Below, in pieces: positions 13,201 to 25,200 of a DNA stretch of 64,000 bases. The notes beneath the pieces are model-generated. The model saw only the letters and a program-made list of their open reading frames with translations. It was not told the origin of the DNA and did no database searches. The stretch comes from Squalus acanthias (Eukaryota). Every line of letters begins with the position of its first letter. Positions within the stretch are counted from its first letter, which is position 1. The translations under genes were made by a program, and so were the position numbers. The stretch covers positions 27,902,001-27,966,000 of the forward strand of contig CM059433.1 of NCBI GenBank assembly GCA_030390025.1, written 5' to 3'.

Positions 13201-16200
13201 TATGCCAGATTCTGGATTGGGGTGGGGGGATGGAAAGAGAGAATTTTATTCTTTGAATACCCGCAGATTGGGAAACCGATTTCTTTTTGATGCACCCAAC
13301 AAGCTCCAGTTCCCTCAAATTGTCCTCGGGTACAATAGTCATGGAATTATTTCTGATCAACAATGTGGGGGGTGGGTGCTGACTTTCGTCACTCCCTCCA
13401 GGATCTTGTGTATAGCACCAAGCAAGGTCCCCAAGTTTGAGTCTCTTTCTGTGCTCTTAGCTTACCTCAGTCAGGGCATAGTTTGGGATGCAGCAATTGC
13501 AAACCGCAAGAAAATTGACAACTATGGGATGGCGTGTGTTCCACCCTTCCCCTCCCCCCCAAGTAGTTGTTCTTGATTGGAACAATACAGCTCAAGTCTC
13601 CTTGAAGGTCCTCCTAGGCCTGTCAGCTCTCTCCCCGATGTCTGAACTCCCAAGTACATTTACTGCAGGGGGAACCTGAACATAGAAACATAGAAACATA
13701 GAAACATAGAATCTAGGAGCAGGAGTAGGCCATTCGGCCCGTCGAGCCTGCTCCGCCATTCAATACGATCATGGCTGATCATCCAAATCCAGTACCCTGT
13801 CCCTGCTTTAATCCCCACAGTACACATATCCCACCCTACCCCCGTAACCCCACGTATTTAATTCCCCCTAACATATCCCATCCTATCCCCATAACCCCAC
13901 ATATTTAATCCCCCCTAACACTAAGGGTCAATTTATCATAGCCAAATCAACCTAACCCACACATTTTTGGACCTTCCACAAGGACAGTACTAGCATGCTA
14001 AAGAGCCAGTTAATACCCTTCCAACATCTCGCCGACAAATCCCAGCTCATCTAGCAAGGCCTCCACCTTTTCAAAGATTTTTCTTCTGAATTGGGACATC
14101 AAGGTTAAAGGGTCGATAGTTCAGTCTGCCAAGACTGGAGAAAGCAGGATAGAGAATGATGTAATCTAGAAGTGGTTGATGGGTAATTCGTGGACGCAAA
14201 GTTCGATTTTAGAGATATAGGCAAGGGGAAGGAAGGGAGGAGTCCCACAGTTTTGAGGGTCTTGGTAAAGAAAGAGAATAAGAGACTTGATTTGAAGCAA
14301 GTAAATATTTGAGAAGAGGAGTAACATCGAGGACAAGATACATTTACAGCCTAAGATCAGAAATCTCAGAGGATCATTGAGTATTGATGAAATATGAACA
14401 CGCTAAGTTGCAACATGGGGAGGAGAGTGGGAACATTTTTTCCTCGTCTCACATTCAGGAGAGAGGTGCAAGAGGAGTCTTTTAAAGAACTGAAAGTTGT
14501 TCAGGGGGTTTGGGAAAAACACTAAAGACAAGACTTAAGCTTCTTGGAAACTGCTTCAGCAATGAGCGAGGTGCGGGAGTTCAACTCGAGGCCAAAAGGA
14601 GACAGTGAGGTGGTAAATGTCAATAGATAAATGAGGGTTAAATGTGGAGCAAGCAAGCAGTGGTTGTACTTGGGGGAAACTTTTGGAAATGAAGTCCTGA
14701 AGGAAATTAAATTAGTCTGCTCTGAAATTCTCGGCTATATTGTATATTCAAAAATCAGCTTGTACTACTCTGGTGTTAAAATGTAATGACAAATAATTAA
14801 CCCGGCAATCGAATTATTGGGGACATTTTTTGAATATACATTTGGGAACTCGACATATTTATAAAACCCACCCTCGTTATGATTTGGTCCACCATCGATA
14901 GAGAGCCAGCAGTCAAGCAAGCAGGTCACCCCAAAGAGCCCCAAAGCAAGACGAGATTTTTCTCAAGTCAACTTTAGACCAAAATGTACCTCTGACAGCA
15001 GTTTCAGGCTTCCTGATGATGCAGCGTTTTGCTTTTGTTCTTCAACTGGGGAGGACGGCCTTACTTTCTGCAATTCATTTCGAATGGCGCTGTATTTCGT
15101 TTCCGCCAATCCTGCCGTGGCCGTCAACTTTCCCTGCACAGCAGCGGGCTGGGCAGCCAGGTCAGCTTGCCGACTGTGCAGCTCGCTCTCCGAAAGCTCC
15201 ACTTCATCGAAAGCCAGCATTGGCCTCGTACCTCTGCATAGGTAATAGTTTTCCTCCAGCATTCCTCCCTTCTTGCCCTGCGCTTCATTCCACTCCAGAT
15301 AATGTTGGCAATTCTTGGCTTGGCTGATTAAATCCTCCACTACGCGATCATAGCGTTCGACTCCACTCCCCAGCTGCTTGGCCCAGTTGTTTCGGTGGGG
15401 GGTAGTTTCCTTCTGCAACTGCTGCTGGGCTCGGTCCACTTTGTCGCTGAATTCCTGCATCTGCAAACCTTGCGATCTGACCTCCTCCGTCAGGACTCCC
15501 TTCTCCATTTTAGCAATAGAGAGCTCAGCTTGGAGTTCCGCGACAGCTCTGGCAGCCACCAGGTTAGCCTCGGTCAACTTGGCCAGCTGAAGCTTCAGTT
15601 CACCCATCGCCCGCCTGCCATTGTCCACCTCCTCCTCCAATTTCCCAGCCCGCAGTTCTTGCTCCTGCTCCTCCCTCGCTCTCTGAATTAGCTGCTCTTG
15701 CGTTTTCTTAAGCTGCTCACTCAAGCAGTCCACCTGCACTCTCTGAGCATCGCCTCTTTGCTCCACGACCTTCTTCTCCATCATCACAGAGTCAAGTTCG
15801 GACTTCACACTGCTCACACTCCGATCTGCTCTCAGGTTGGCAAACACCAGTTCATCAACCTTATGCTTCAATTCGCTTGCTGTGTGTACGTGGTGTGCTA
15901 AATCATCTTCCAGCTTCCTAACCATCTGCTGATGCATGTGCTCACTCTTCGCCTTCTTCTCCAAAGCCTCTTGTACGTTTTTCAACGTCTCCATTAAGAC
16001 ATTGGCTTCCTTTTTCTGAAGCTCTGTCCTTTCCTCTGCCACCGTTCTTTCGTTCTGAAGACGAGTGGATTCAGCCTTCAAGCTCCTCTTAACTTCTTCA
16101 GCGTGATTGCAAGCCTGGCTAAGTTCGTCCACCTTCTGCTCGAGCTCCCCTGATGCGCGTTGGCTTTTGGCCAACTTGTCCTCCAGCTCTCTGGCTTTTT

Positions 16201-19200
16201 GCTCCCACTCCTTTTCTCCGCGGCTCTTCTGCCCCTCTGCCGTTTTCAGTTTTCCTTTTAAATCATCGGCTGCTGCCTGGCGGGTCAATGCTAGTTGGTC
16301 GGCAAGGCTCTTGTCCCAGCGAAGTCTCTTGATTTCTTCTTCCAAACTCTGGACGCGGGTTCCAGCGGTCACGCAGTCCTGGGAAAATGCCTCAGCTTTC
16401 AGTCTGAAATCCTCGGTCCTCTGCTGGCTGTCCTTCAGCTCGTCTTCCAGGTGCGCCACCTTCTGCCGATAATCCTCCTCTTCCTCGTGCATCTGTTTTA
16501 GTCGCGCCTGGGCTTTTTCAAGTTCGAGGTTTAAATCACTCAACTGCATCTGGCGCATAGAAGCTTTATGCTCCGCTGCACCCGAGCTCTGCTCAAGAGA
16601 CCTCATCTCCAACTGCAAGCTCTTCAAGTCCTGTCGAGTTCGGTCATTAACCCGACTAAGTTCGGTGACCAGTTTCCTCAGATTCTCCATTTCATTTGTT
16701 GGAACACCTTGCTCCACCACTGCAGTTTCTGCTACCACCCCATGGTGCACTTCTCTGGTGTAAACGTGCATCTGGTCCACGATGTGCTTTATTCTCACTA
16801 CCTGTTGCACGGTTTCCAAGTCAGAGTCAATCTGTCCAACGTCCTGAGCAACAACGGTTTGCTCGTGGAAGGCTTGCTCTGACCACTGCCAGTACGTTGA
16901 GAACTGTACCGCTGGGCTGGTTTCCTTCTGGACTTCACCCTCATTCTGCCTCCCCAGATGTGTATCGTTTCTGGTCAGATGTCCTTCCGACTGCCGCCTC
17001 CTCCTCGCTGAAGTGTCACCGTCAATCTCTCTTTCCAGTTCGTGGAGCTTTCTCCAGACAGTGACCCGTTCAGTCTCGGACTCCAGGAGCACCTGCTGCA
17101 AGTGCTCCAGTTCCTGCTCCAAGGTGGCTTTCTCCCTCGACGTCTTCTCTAACTCTACCCTGCACCGGCTTGCTTCCAAGTCGGACTTTTTTCTGCCGAA
17201 GCTCATTTCTTCCACAGCTTCCCGGTGCTTCCTCCGCTCACTCTCAGCATCCGCCAGTAAACGTGCCAACTCGTGCTCGAGTAGCTGCTTCTTCTCTTTA
17301 ATCTGACCAAATTCCACCAGCAGAGCATCGATCTTCTGTGGCAAGATTCGGTTTTCATCGCCAAGGGTGGTCAGGAGTTGCTGCTGACTGGGATCCCCTA
17401 AGTTGGCAGAATTTTCCAGAAACTTTTTCCTCTACAAATAAAATCAAGTGCTCAGTGAGATACAAGTGGGGGAGTAGGGGGGGGAAGAAACGGTATTATT
17501 TAGAATTTTGTGAATTGCTCATTTATAAAATGAGAAAAATCTATATACTTACAGAGGTGTTCTTAGTAAACTGGCAAAACCCAGAGAAGCAGCCAATATC
17601 TGTTATGCTATGCCCCATCACCTTTTGCACAAAGCCTCGGGAAAAGAGTTTTGTCATTGTTAAACATTGCAGGAAGATCCTCCACCAGAAAAAGAAGCTA
17701 CACAACAGTATTTTGGACACTTTGGGGAAAAGCAGGAAAGAATATATTCAAGCAACAGAACTGCTTTAACATTATGTACTGTATACTCTGCATATTAATT
17801 GTGCACAACCCAGATTATATATTTTGGTTTTTATTCATTCTCAGGATGCGAGTGTCACTGGCAAGGCCAGCATTTTTTTGCCCAGCCCATCCCTAATTTC
17901 CCTTGAGAAGGTGGTGGCAAGCCTGCTTCTTGAACCGCTGCAGTCCGTGTGGTGAAGATACTCCGACAGTGCTGTGAGGCGAGGAGTTCCAGGATTTTGA
18001 TCCAGCCATGATGAAGGAACGGCGATATATGTCCAAGTCAGGACATGACTTCCACACACAAGAATGGTATGGGATCTGTAAACTTGGCTGTGTGTGGAAT
18101 AGCTCTTGGGTGAAAGTTTACAAGCAGCTCTTACCTGAACCAGTCACCGCTCCCAATGTGGGGGGAAAAAGTCACAACTTACATCTGCAGCATATGCACT
18201 GCGCTCTTAATCTGTTGACACCTACTCCAACTGAAAGTGAATTTAGTGTGGATCTCTCTGTTCTCCTCAATAGCTTTGTGAGTCAAACTACTCCAAGTGA
18301 TCATGACAGAAAGACATTTATCATAAATATCAGAATTATACACTTCAAACATTTGCTTCATTAAAACCACTCAGTTTAATTTTTTTTGCATCCTTGGCAC
18401 TGATGCTACGATTGGTGGCATCCCGTACGATTGGGTGATCAGACCTACACACCATCCAATGCAACACCGCACACAAGAACGTAAGCCACAAGCACTTGGA
18501 ACACATTCAGCCTACGCACTACCTGTGTCCAAGGCTCACTGAAGGCCCCTGGAGTCTATGGAAATGAAGGGAGCTCCTGAAGAAAGTGCTCTAGCCCCTC
18601 GGTGCCCATTTCAAACAGGCACTCTACGAGAGAGCAAGAATAAAATGTTAACTCTGCTCCTTGGGCATTCCTCTCCTCCTAATTGGGTCATACTGCACAG
18701 CTGGACTTACAGTTGTTTGATATTCATAGGCCTGTGCATAAGGCAGCGCCAACTGTATCTGTCCCCAAGGGCATCATAGCTTCAATAGCAGCCAGCAGCC
18801 CTTTAACAGCTGCTGGCCCACAATAGTGTCGACTCCCAGCCCCTGTAGCACTCCCAGTGCATAATGTGCTAAACACCGAGAGGACCACAAAACAGAGAGA
18901 GCTAGCTGACCTTGCTGTGTCGATCATCTACTTGGTCACACAGGCATCTGAAACAATAGTTGTGATTCTCTTACATAGATCAGAGGGATTTCAATAACCA
19001 ACGCGTATACCTCTTCAGCTTGTCTTGAGAAACTTCCACTGTAAACATTGGCTCCTGCCCCACTTTTCAGCCCGTGTTCCAGTTCACGACATTGTGACAT
19101 CTTCTGCAATTTCAACAATTCCAGTTCAGGCACCCGGACCACCTCCTCTTGGACGCTTCCATCCTCTTCCCAACTGCTATCCACTTCAGTACTCGATTCC

Positions 19201-22200
19201 ATTTGTGCTTCCTGACTTCTCGGATACTCAGCTTGCAATCCAACAGGGTCTTTCCCCTGATACATCCCATCAGGAGCTCCTTGCATTCCTGGGTTTTGCT
19301 GGTTTTCGAAGGCGTGCATTGTGTCTCCAGATGCTGACAGTTGCTGGAGATGACCCGCTTCCTTGGTTTCATGCCGGTTGGATTTAGCTGGCCTGCCACT
19401 ATCTGACGCTGCCACCTCTTCACCAACGCTCCTCCCAGACCGCACGGTCACATCGTTTTCATGGGTGGCAAACGGAGAGATCTCCGCCTCGCTGATCTCC
19501 ACCAGGCCACATGGGATGCTGTCGGCAACTTCCTCCTGCAGTTTCCCCTTTTTAACCCAGAAATTCCCATCGAGATAATTGCGTTGCGATGTCACACTTC
19601 TTTCTTGAGTGTTGGCGGTGGAATCTTGAATTGGAGGCTTGGTTTTAATGGAGTGGTCATCATTCAGCCGAATCTGATCATCTACTGTTAGCTCCACACT
19701 GCATTCAGACTCTTCAACAGCCCACTGGTTACCTTCACTGCAAACAGACTGGCCATCAGGAACCATTTCAATTGTGGCTTGCAAAATGGAGTCGCTGGAT
19801 TTTGCTCTTTCGCTCTCATTATTCTTGGATTTCTTAGTCTTCATACTCTTGGCTTTCTTAGTCTTCATACTGCCTTCAGCACTTTCTCCCAATTCTTCCT
19901 CAGTTTCACCATCGGATTCAAATGGGGTCCCGGCAATCTCGAACCCACTGCAGTTCACTGTTGCAATTAAATCAGGTTTAACTTCCGTGAAATGTGCCCC
20001 TTGAGGTTTCACGGTGGAACAGTTTTCCTCTGTGGGTTTCACTTGTTCTGGAATCTTCTTCCTCACACTCCCAAACTGGACAAACTCGTCACGTAAATCT
20101 CCCAATTCCTCAGCATGGTCTTCATGAATATTTACCTGCTTGCCATCAACATTTTCATCTAATGGAACAGGTAGGTCGACATAGTCAGTTTCTGATAACT
20201 CGTGTCTCCGAGATGGTTCAGTGCCTGCTAGTTTGGAGAAGGAATCAGTTTGATCAGTGCCTTTGATCACATCATCTTTGCTTTGAGCATCTGGGGTCAG
20301 TGAAATGGATTCTTTATCTTCTGATGTCCTTGTGACTCCCTCCAACAAAACTTGGCGAGCTAAACCCTTCGCCATTTCTTCAGCTGTACTGCTCTGCTTT
20401 CTCACTTCTGCTCCCTGTTCTTCCCACCGTTTGGAATTTTGTTCAAACTCTAATTGGTCAGACTTTACCCGACATATTGGTTTGTTCGCAAGATGTGAAT
20501 GAAATTCCAATTCCGTTGGATTGATCGACAAGCTTTCCTCTTCAATAGTTGGCTTATTTACTGACATCTCCTCCGCATGTTGCAAGCCCTTCTGCAGAGA
20601 GCCAGGCCATCTTTCATTGTACTTGGCTGCTCCATCCAACTTCGCTTCAAGCTTGTCTGCCCTTCGACTTTTCCGTGTGTGCAGAATCCCACCAGCAACG
20701 GAATCGGCCTTCTCCTCTACAGCTGGCTTGTGTCTTCTCAACTTCTCAGCCAAGGCCCTCAAGTGAACAGCTTCCTCTTCCAGATCTTCTGACCTTCCAC
20801 CATCAACCACTCTGCGTGTGAAACTTGCGCCTCCAGGCTCTATCATGGCATGGAAGTCAAGTAGCTGTTCATCTGCACAGTTACCTGTGCGGTCAACAGT
20901 TTGCCATTTAACCTTGTTCCGCTGCATTCGAACAGCTGGCTCCTCTCGGCTCTTGTATTCAGTTTGCGGTAAAGTTACTTCTTGTGCTGAAGTATTGCCT
21001 TCACTTTTATGCCTTGGCTCTCCCACCAGATTCTCACTTGGGTCCTCTACATGGGTTTTATGTCCTACAGCTTGTTTCTGCTGAAGCGAATCCTCACTCT
21101 TCACCAGCTCAGAATAACCATTTGAGATGTCCTCAAATTCGTCCAGATTATCTGTACTGAGCTGCCCCACCTCCGTTCTGTAGGGTTCTCGGGCATTTGG
21201 TTGCGATGCATCTATTTCTTCACCAGCCATTTTGCTACCAACCGTAGCACCACTGCAGGCTGGCCGATTGGACTGCAACACATCTCCAAACTCTTCTGCA
21301 GGCCATGCTCTCCCTTGAGCAAGGAATGTATCATCCATGAATTTCACTGCCCCCAAAGGAGCAAATGGTTTGTCCCTTCTTTCCTCCCCACCTCGTGTCC
21401 TTTCCTCATTGTCACCTCTTCCAAATCTCTCCCCTTCATCTTGGTGCACTACCTCATTTGCCAGGCACGGAGTTCGAAGTAGAAGCCCACCTCTCTCTGG
21501 TTCAGGTTTGGAACCAATCTCCCAATCATGTCCATCAGGTATATCCTTTGACCAAGCCCTTCTCTTCTGGAGGAACCATCTCTGCATGGCCATCAGCTGC
21601 CTGGTGGTTTTGTCATCTTTTTCTACGCCCTCTTTACACAAACGTTGGGCTTCACTTCCCTCTCTCTGGATCGGCAGAGGCTCTGCACCCATTTCCAGAA
21701 AGGTTCTTGAACTGGCTGCTGCCGCCAGCCTGCCTCCTTCACCCAACGCTGCTTTGGTCCTGTTTCCTGCTCGGGCAGGCTCAGCAGCATCCTTCACCAG
21801 AGAGTCCTGAACACCTCCAGCTGAACTCTAAGCATAACGGTACAGGCGGTCATTAATATCACACTTTTTACACAAGTGGCAATGTTGATTTTTTGAAAGG
21901 AAATCTGGATAGAGCAAGGACAGCCTGAGAGGGCCCTCTAGATTAACCACAATGCAGCGGGACAGGTGACGGAGCAGATTGATTCAATGACGGATTTCAA
22001 GGAGCATTCCATTGATGGTTTCAGAACAATAAAAAATCATTTTTCCAATCAAGGAAGAGAAAGCAAATCACGCACAGCACCAACACAGATCATTTAACCT
22101 TTAACTGCCAACTTGGGGCCTACTTGATTCAGGAGAAGTGCTCATCCTAAATATATGTGCAGAATTAGAAATTGGTCATATTAGGGTTTACAATAATTCG

Positions 22201-25200
22201 CAAGTCATTTGTTAATATTGTAATTAATTTGAAATGTAATCCCAACAAGTTGGCAGTGATGAGATTAACAATGGGAAAGAAATTACGACACAAAGTGGAA
22301 ATTATTCAGAGTCAAGTCTTATTTGTTGGATTTGTTCAAACCTGTAAAAAAAAAATTAAATCAAAGCAGACACACCTGAAAGCAAACGCTCAGCATCATC
22401 TGAACGGCCTTGTTTACACACACACACACCACACACACACACACACAGACCACACAGTCCCCAGTTTGTCTCACAATACCCTGTTTTAGATGCAGTATCA
22501 TGGCGGCAGGTTCGGTTTTTGAGGCTGTACCTGCTCAAAGTACATAGTGTCTTTTTTGCAAATGGCAAACGTGTGTATGAAATTAGTCTCAAATATTTAA
22601 TGTTAGTGCAATCAGAGATACAGAGATACAAAGGACAATAGGCGGACGAGGGTGGATTGTATAAACAGAGAGTAGTCAGTAAAAGCCGACAGCAATTCCT
22701 TACCATTACTGCTTGTGTTTTTTAAAAATAAAATTGCGCATTGCAGATTAACAGCTCAGATTCCTTTATATATCTGAATATGAGCCAAATGTAAAGGTTT
22801 GTGACCTTTGAACGAAATTTTATATATACTTATGTTGTATGGAATGGTTCCTGGAAGACAGGCCAGTTCTAGCACTACACCAAATAAAAATAGGGCAAGA
22901 ATTATCCAGATTTTTATCCAAAGACCCAGCAGTAATCACAACCAAATGCTGTCCCACAGCAGCTTGTATTGAAGCGGCACTGGTTCACATCGCTAATAGA
23001 TGCGGCACCATCACCGATTCTGTGCAAAGTCCCCCGCTTCCCTTTGACAAGAGGCACCCGCCAGCACTTGAAGCACCACCACAGATAATTGAAGCAGAGA
23101 GATTTGGAAAGGCGGTTATCACCATTAATGACAGCAGGTGGCAGCACTGCACCAGCAAAATAGCATTCTGAACACACCTCACATCACAAGTTACGAACAG
23201 AGTCAGCTTACATTAATTCACCCACTCTACAGTCGTTCCCCACCCGCCATCACCACCCTGCCCCACCCACACTCTCCCATTACTGCATCTAATTCTTTCT
23301 GAAATCATTCCACCGCCATCACTCTGGGGGACGCCATTCCATATATTGATCACTTTTCGTGTAATGACCTGCCTGATATCAGCCCTAAATTTACCTATCA
23401 CTAACTTGAACCCGTGACCCCTCTTGTAAAAATTGTACTCTGGATTTACATAGTCCAACTACAACTCAGAACCTTCTTACAAAACATCACTGGAGTGTCC
23501 TGGCCAATATTTATCCCTCACTCAACATCACTGAAACAGATTATCTGGTCATTGCTGTTTGTGGGAGCTTGCTGTGCGCAAATTGGCTGCTGCGTTTCCT
23601 ACATTCCAACAGTGACTATACCTCAAATGTATTTCACTGGCTGTAAAGCACTTTGGGACGTCCCGAGGTCGTGAAAGGCGCGATATAAATGGAAGTCTTC
23701 TATTCTTTATTTATTCACTTCCTCTCTATGACTGGACCATTCATTTCTTTCACTCCCGTCTATTTTACTAATTAACTTATCTTCCCATGCGGACTAACCT
23801 GCTCTATTTCCGACATCTTCCAACTCTTTCTTCTTCACGTTAGCCAGTAAATTTCCCTCCTGTGGTGTTCCTCTCCTTGTGGTCTCTGCAGGGCTTGCAT
23901 CTCCTGCAGCCAAGGAGAGTGGCAAGACAGGCCAACTACTCCCAGCCTCCGCTCCGCCCATCCCCCCACTCCCCGGATCCAGCCAGGGCACCTCTCAATC
24001 TGGCTGCTGTAATCCATGCAAGAACGGTCTTGGTGACAACTCTCCCTCCACTTCTTTCCTCAGCCCCACAGCAGAACGCCTGGAATCTGTCTCCGTAACT
24101 ACGCAGAGTGGATCAAATGCATCCAATGTCCTAACCACTCCCTGGTGCAACACATCAAGTGGATGAAAAGCCTGAGCACTCTCTCCCTTACTGAGCTCTG
24201 CCCTATTGCGCCCAATTCTCGATTTCGAAAAATCTTCTAAACTTTCATTGTTTCAAAGACCATTCATATTATGTTTTGCCATACGAGCAGCAGTTCTTAC
24301 CTCTTCCTCCTCTGATCTTTTTAAAGCATCGCTGGCAAACTTCACATACTGGGTCATCAGGGTCACTAAGGCTGTGTAGCGCGTGCGAAGGTCCATAAAC
24401 TACAGCAGAGACACAAAACAAAGTGTGCCGAGGTTAACACAAGGCCCTGCATTTTAACCTCCATCACAGGCTGCGTGTACTTCAGATAGACGAGTATTTA
24501 GTGCAACCTGTAAGGAAATGTGTTCATTCTTAACTTTCAGCTTTTGCCTGCTAAGTGAGTTTCTGTCAGAAGGCTGGAAAAGTCAGTTTAGTTTACCAGA
24601 CAGAAATTTCAGCTGATAAGCATCCAGCTGCAAGCTTTCTTTGTCTTAGCAAGTGTCTTCCTCAGGATTAATTCCTCCAAGGAGACAACTGCGCAAGGCA
24701 TGCGATAACTCATTCAGTTGAATAATTTGACTGCCAACTCAGTCATGATAAAGGCCCTTGATGAGGTGCATGGGAAGCGTTCTTGTTAAAACTGAAGTCC
24801 AGCTAATTGGATGAGGTAAAGAACATAAGAACATAAGAAATAGGAGCAGGAATAGGCCACTTGGCCCCTCGAGCCTGCTCCGCCATTCAATAAGATCATG
24901 GCTGATCTTGGGCTCAAAGCCACTTCCCCACCAGCTCCCCATAACCCTTCACTCCCTTATCTTGCAAAAATCAGTCTATCTCCACCTTAAATGTATTTAA
25001 TGACCCAGCCTTCACAGCTCTCTGGGGCAGAGAATTCCACAGATTTACGACCCTCTGAAAGAAGAAATTCCTCCTCATCTCAGTTCTAAAAGGGCGACCC
25101 TTTATTCTAAAACTGTGCCCCCGAGTTCTAGATTTCCCCACGAGGGGAAACATCCTCTCTGCATCTACCTTGTCGAGTCCCCTCAGTATCTTATATGTTT

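Noticed and set aside
15016..21856. Many plus-strand ORFs overlapping the large exons
   Set aside because: Antisense shadows of the coding exons with no independent evidence.
23995..24255. Selenocysteine or programmed read-through of the two in-frame TGAs
   Set aside because: I recognised no SECIS element and no homology; two TGAs are easily explained by chance or decay.
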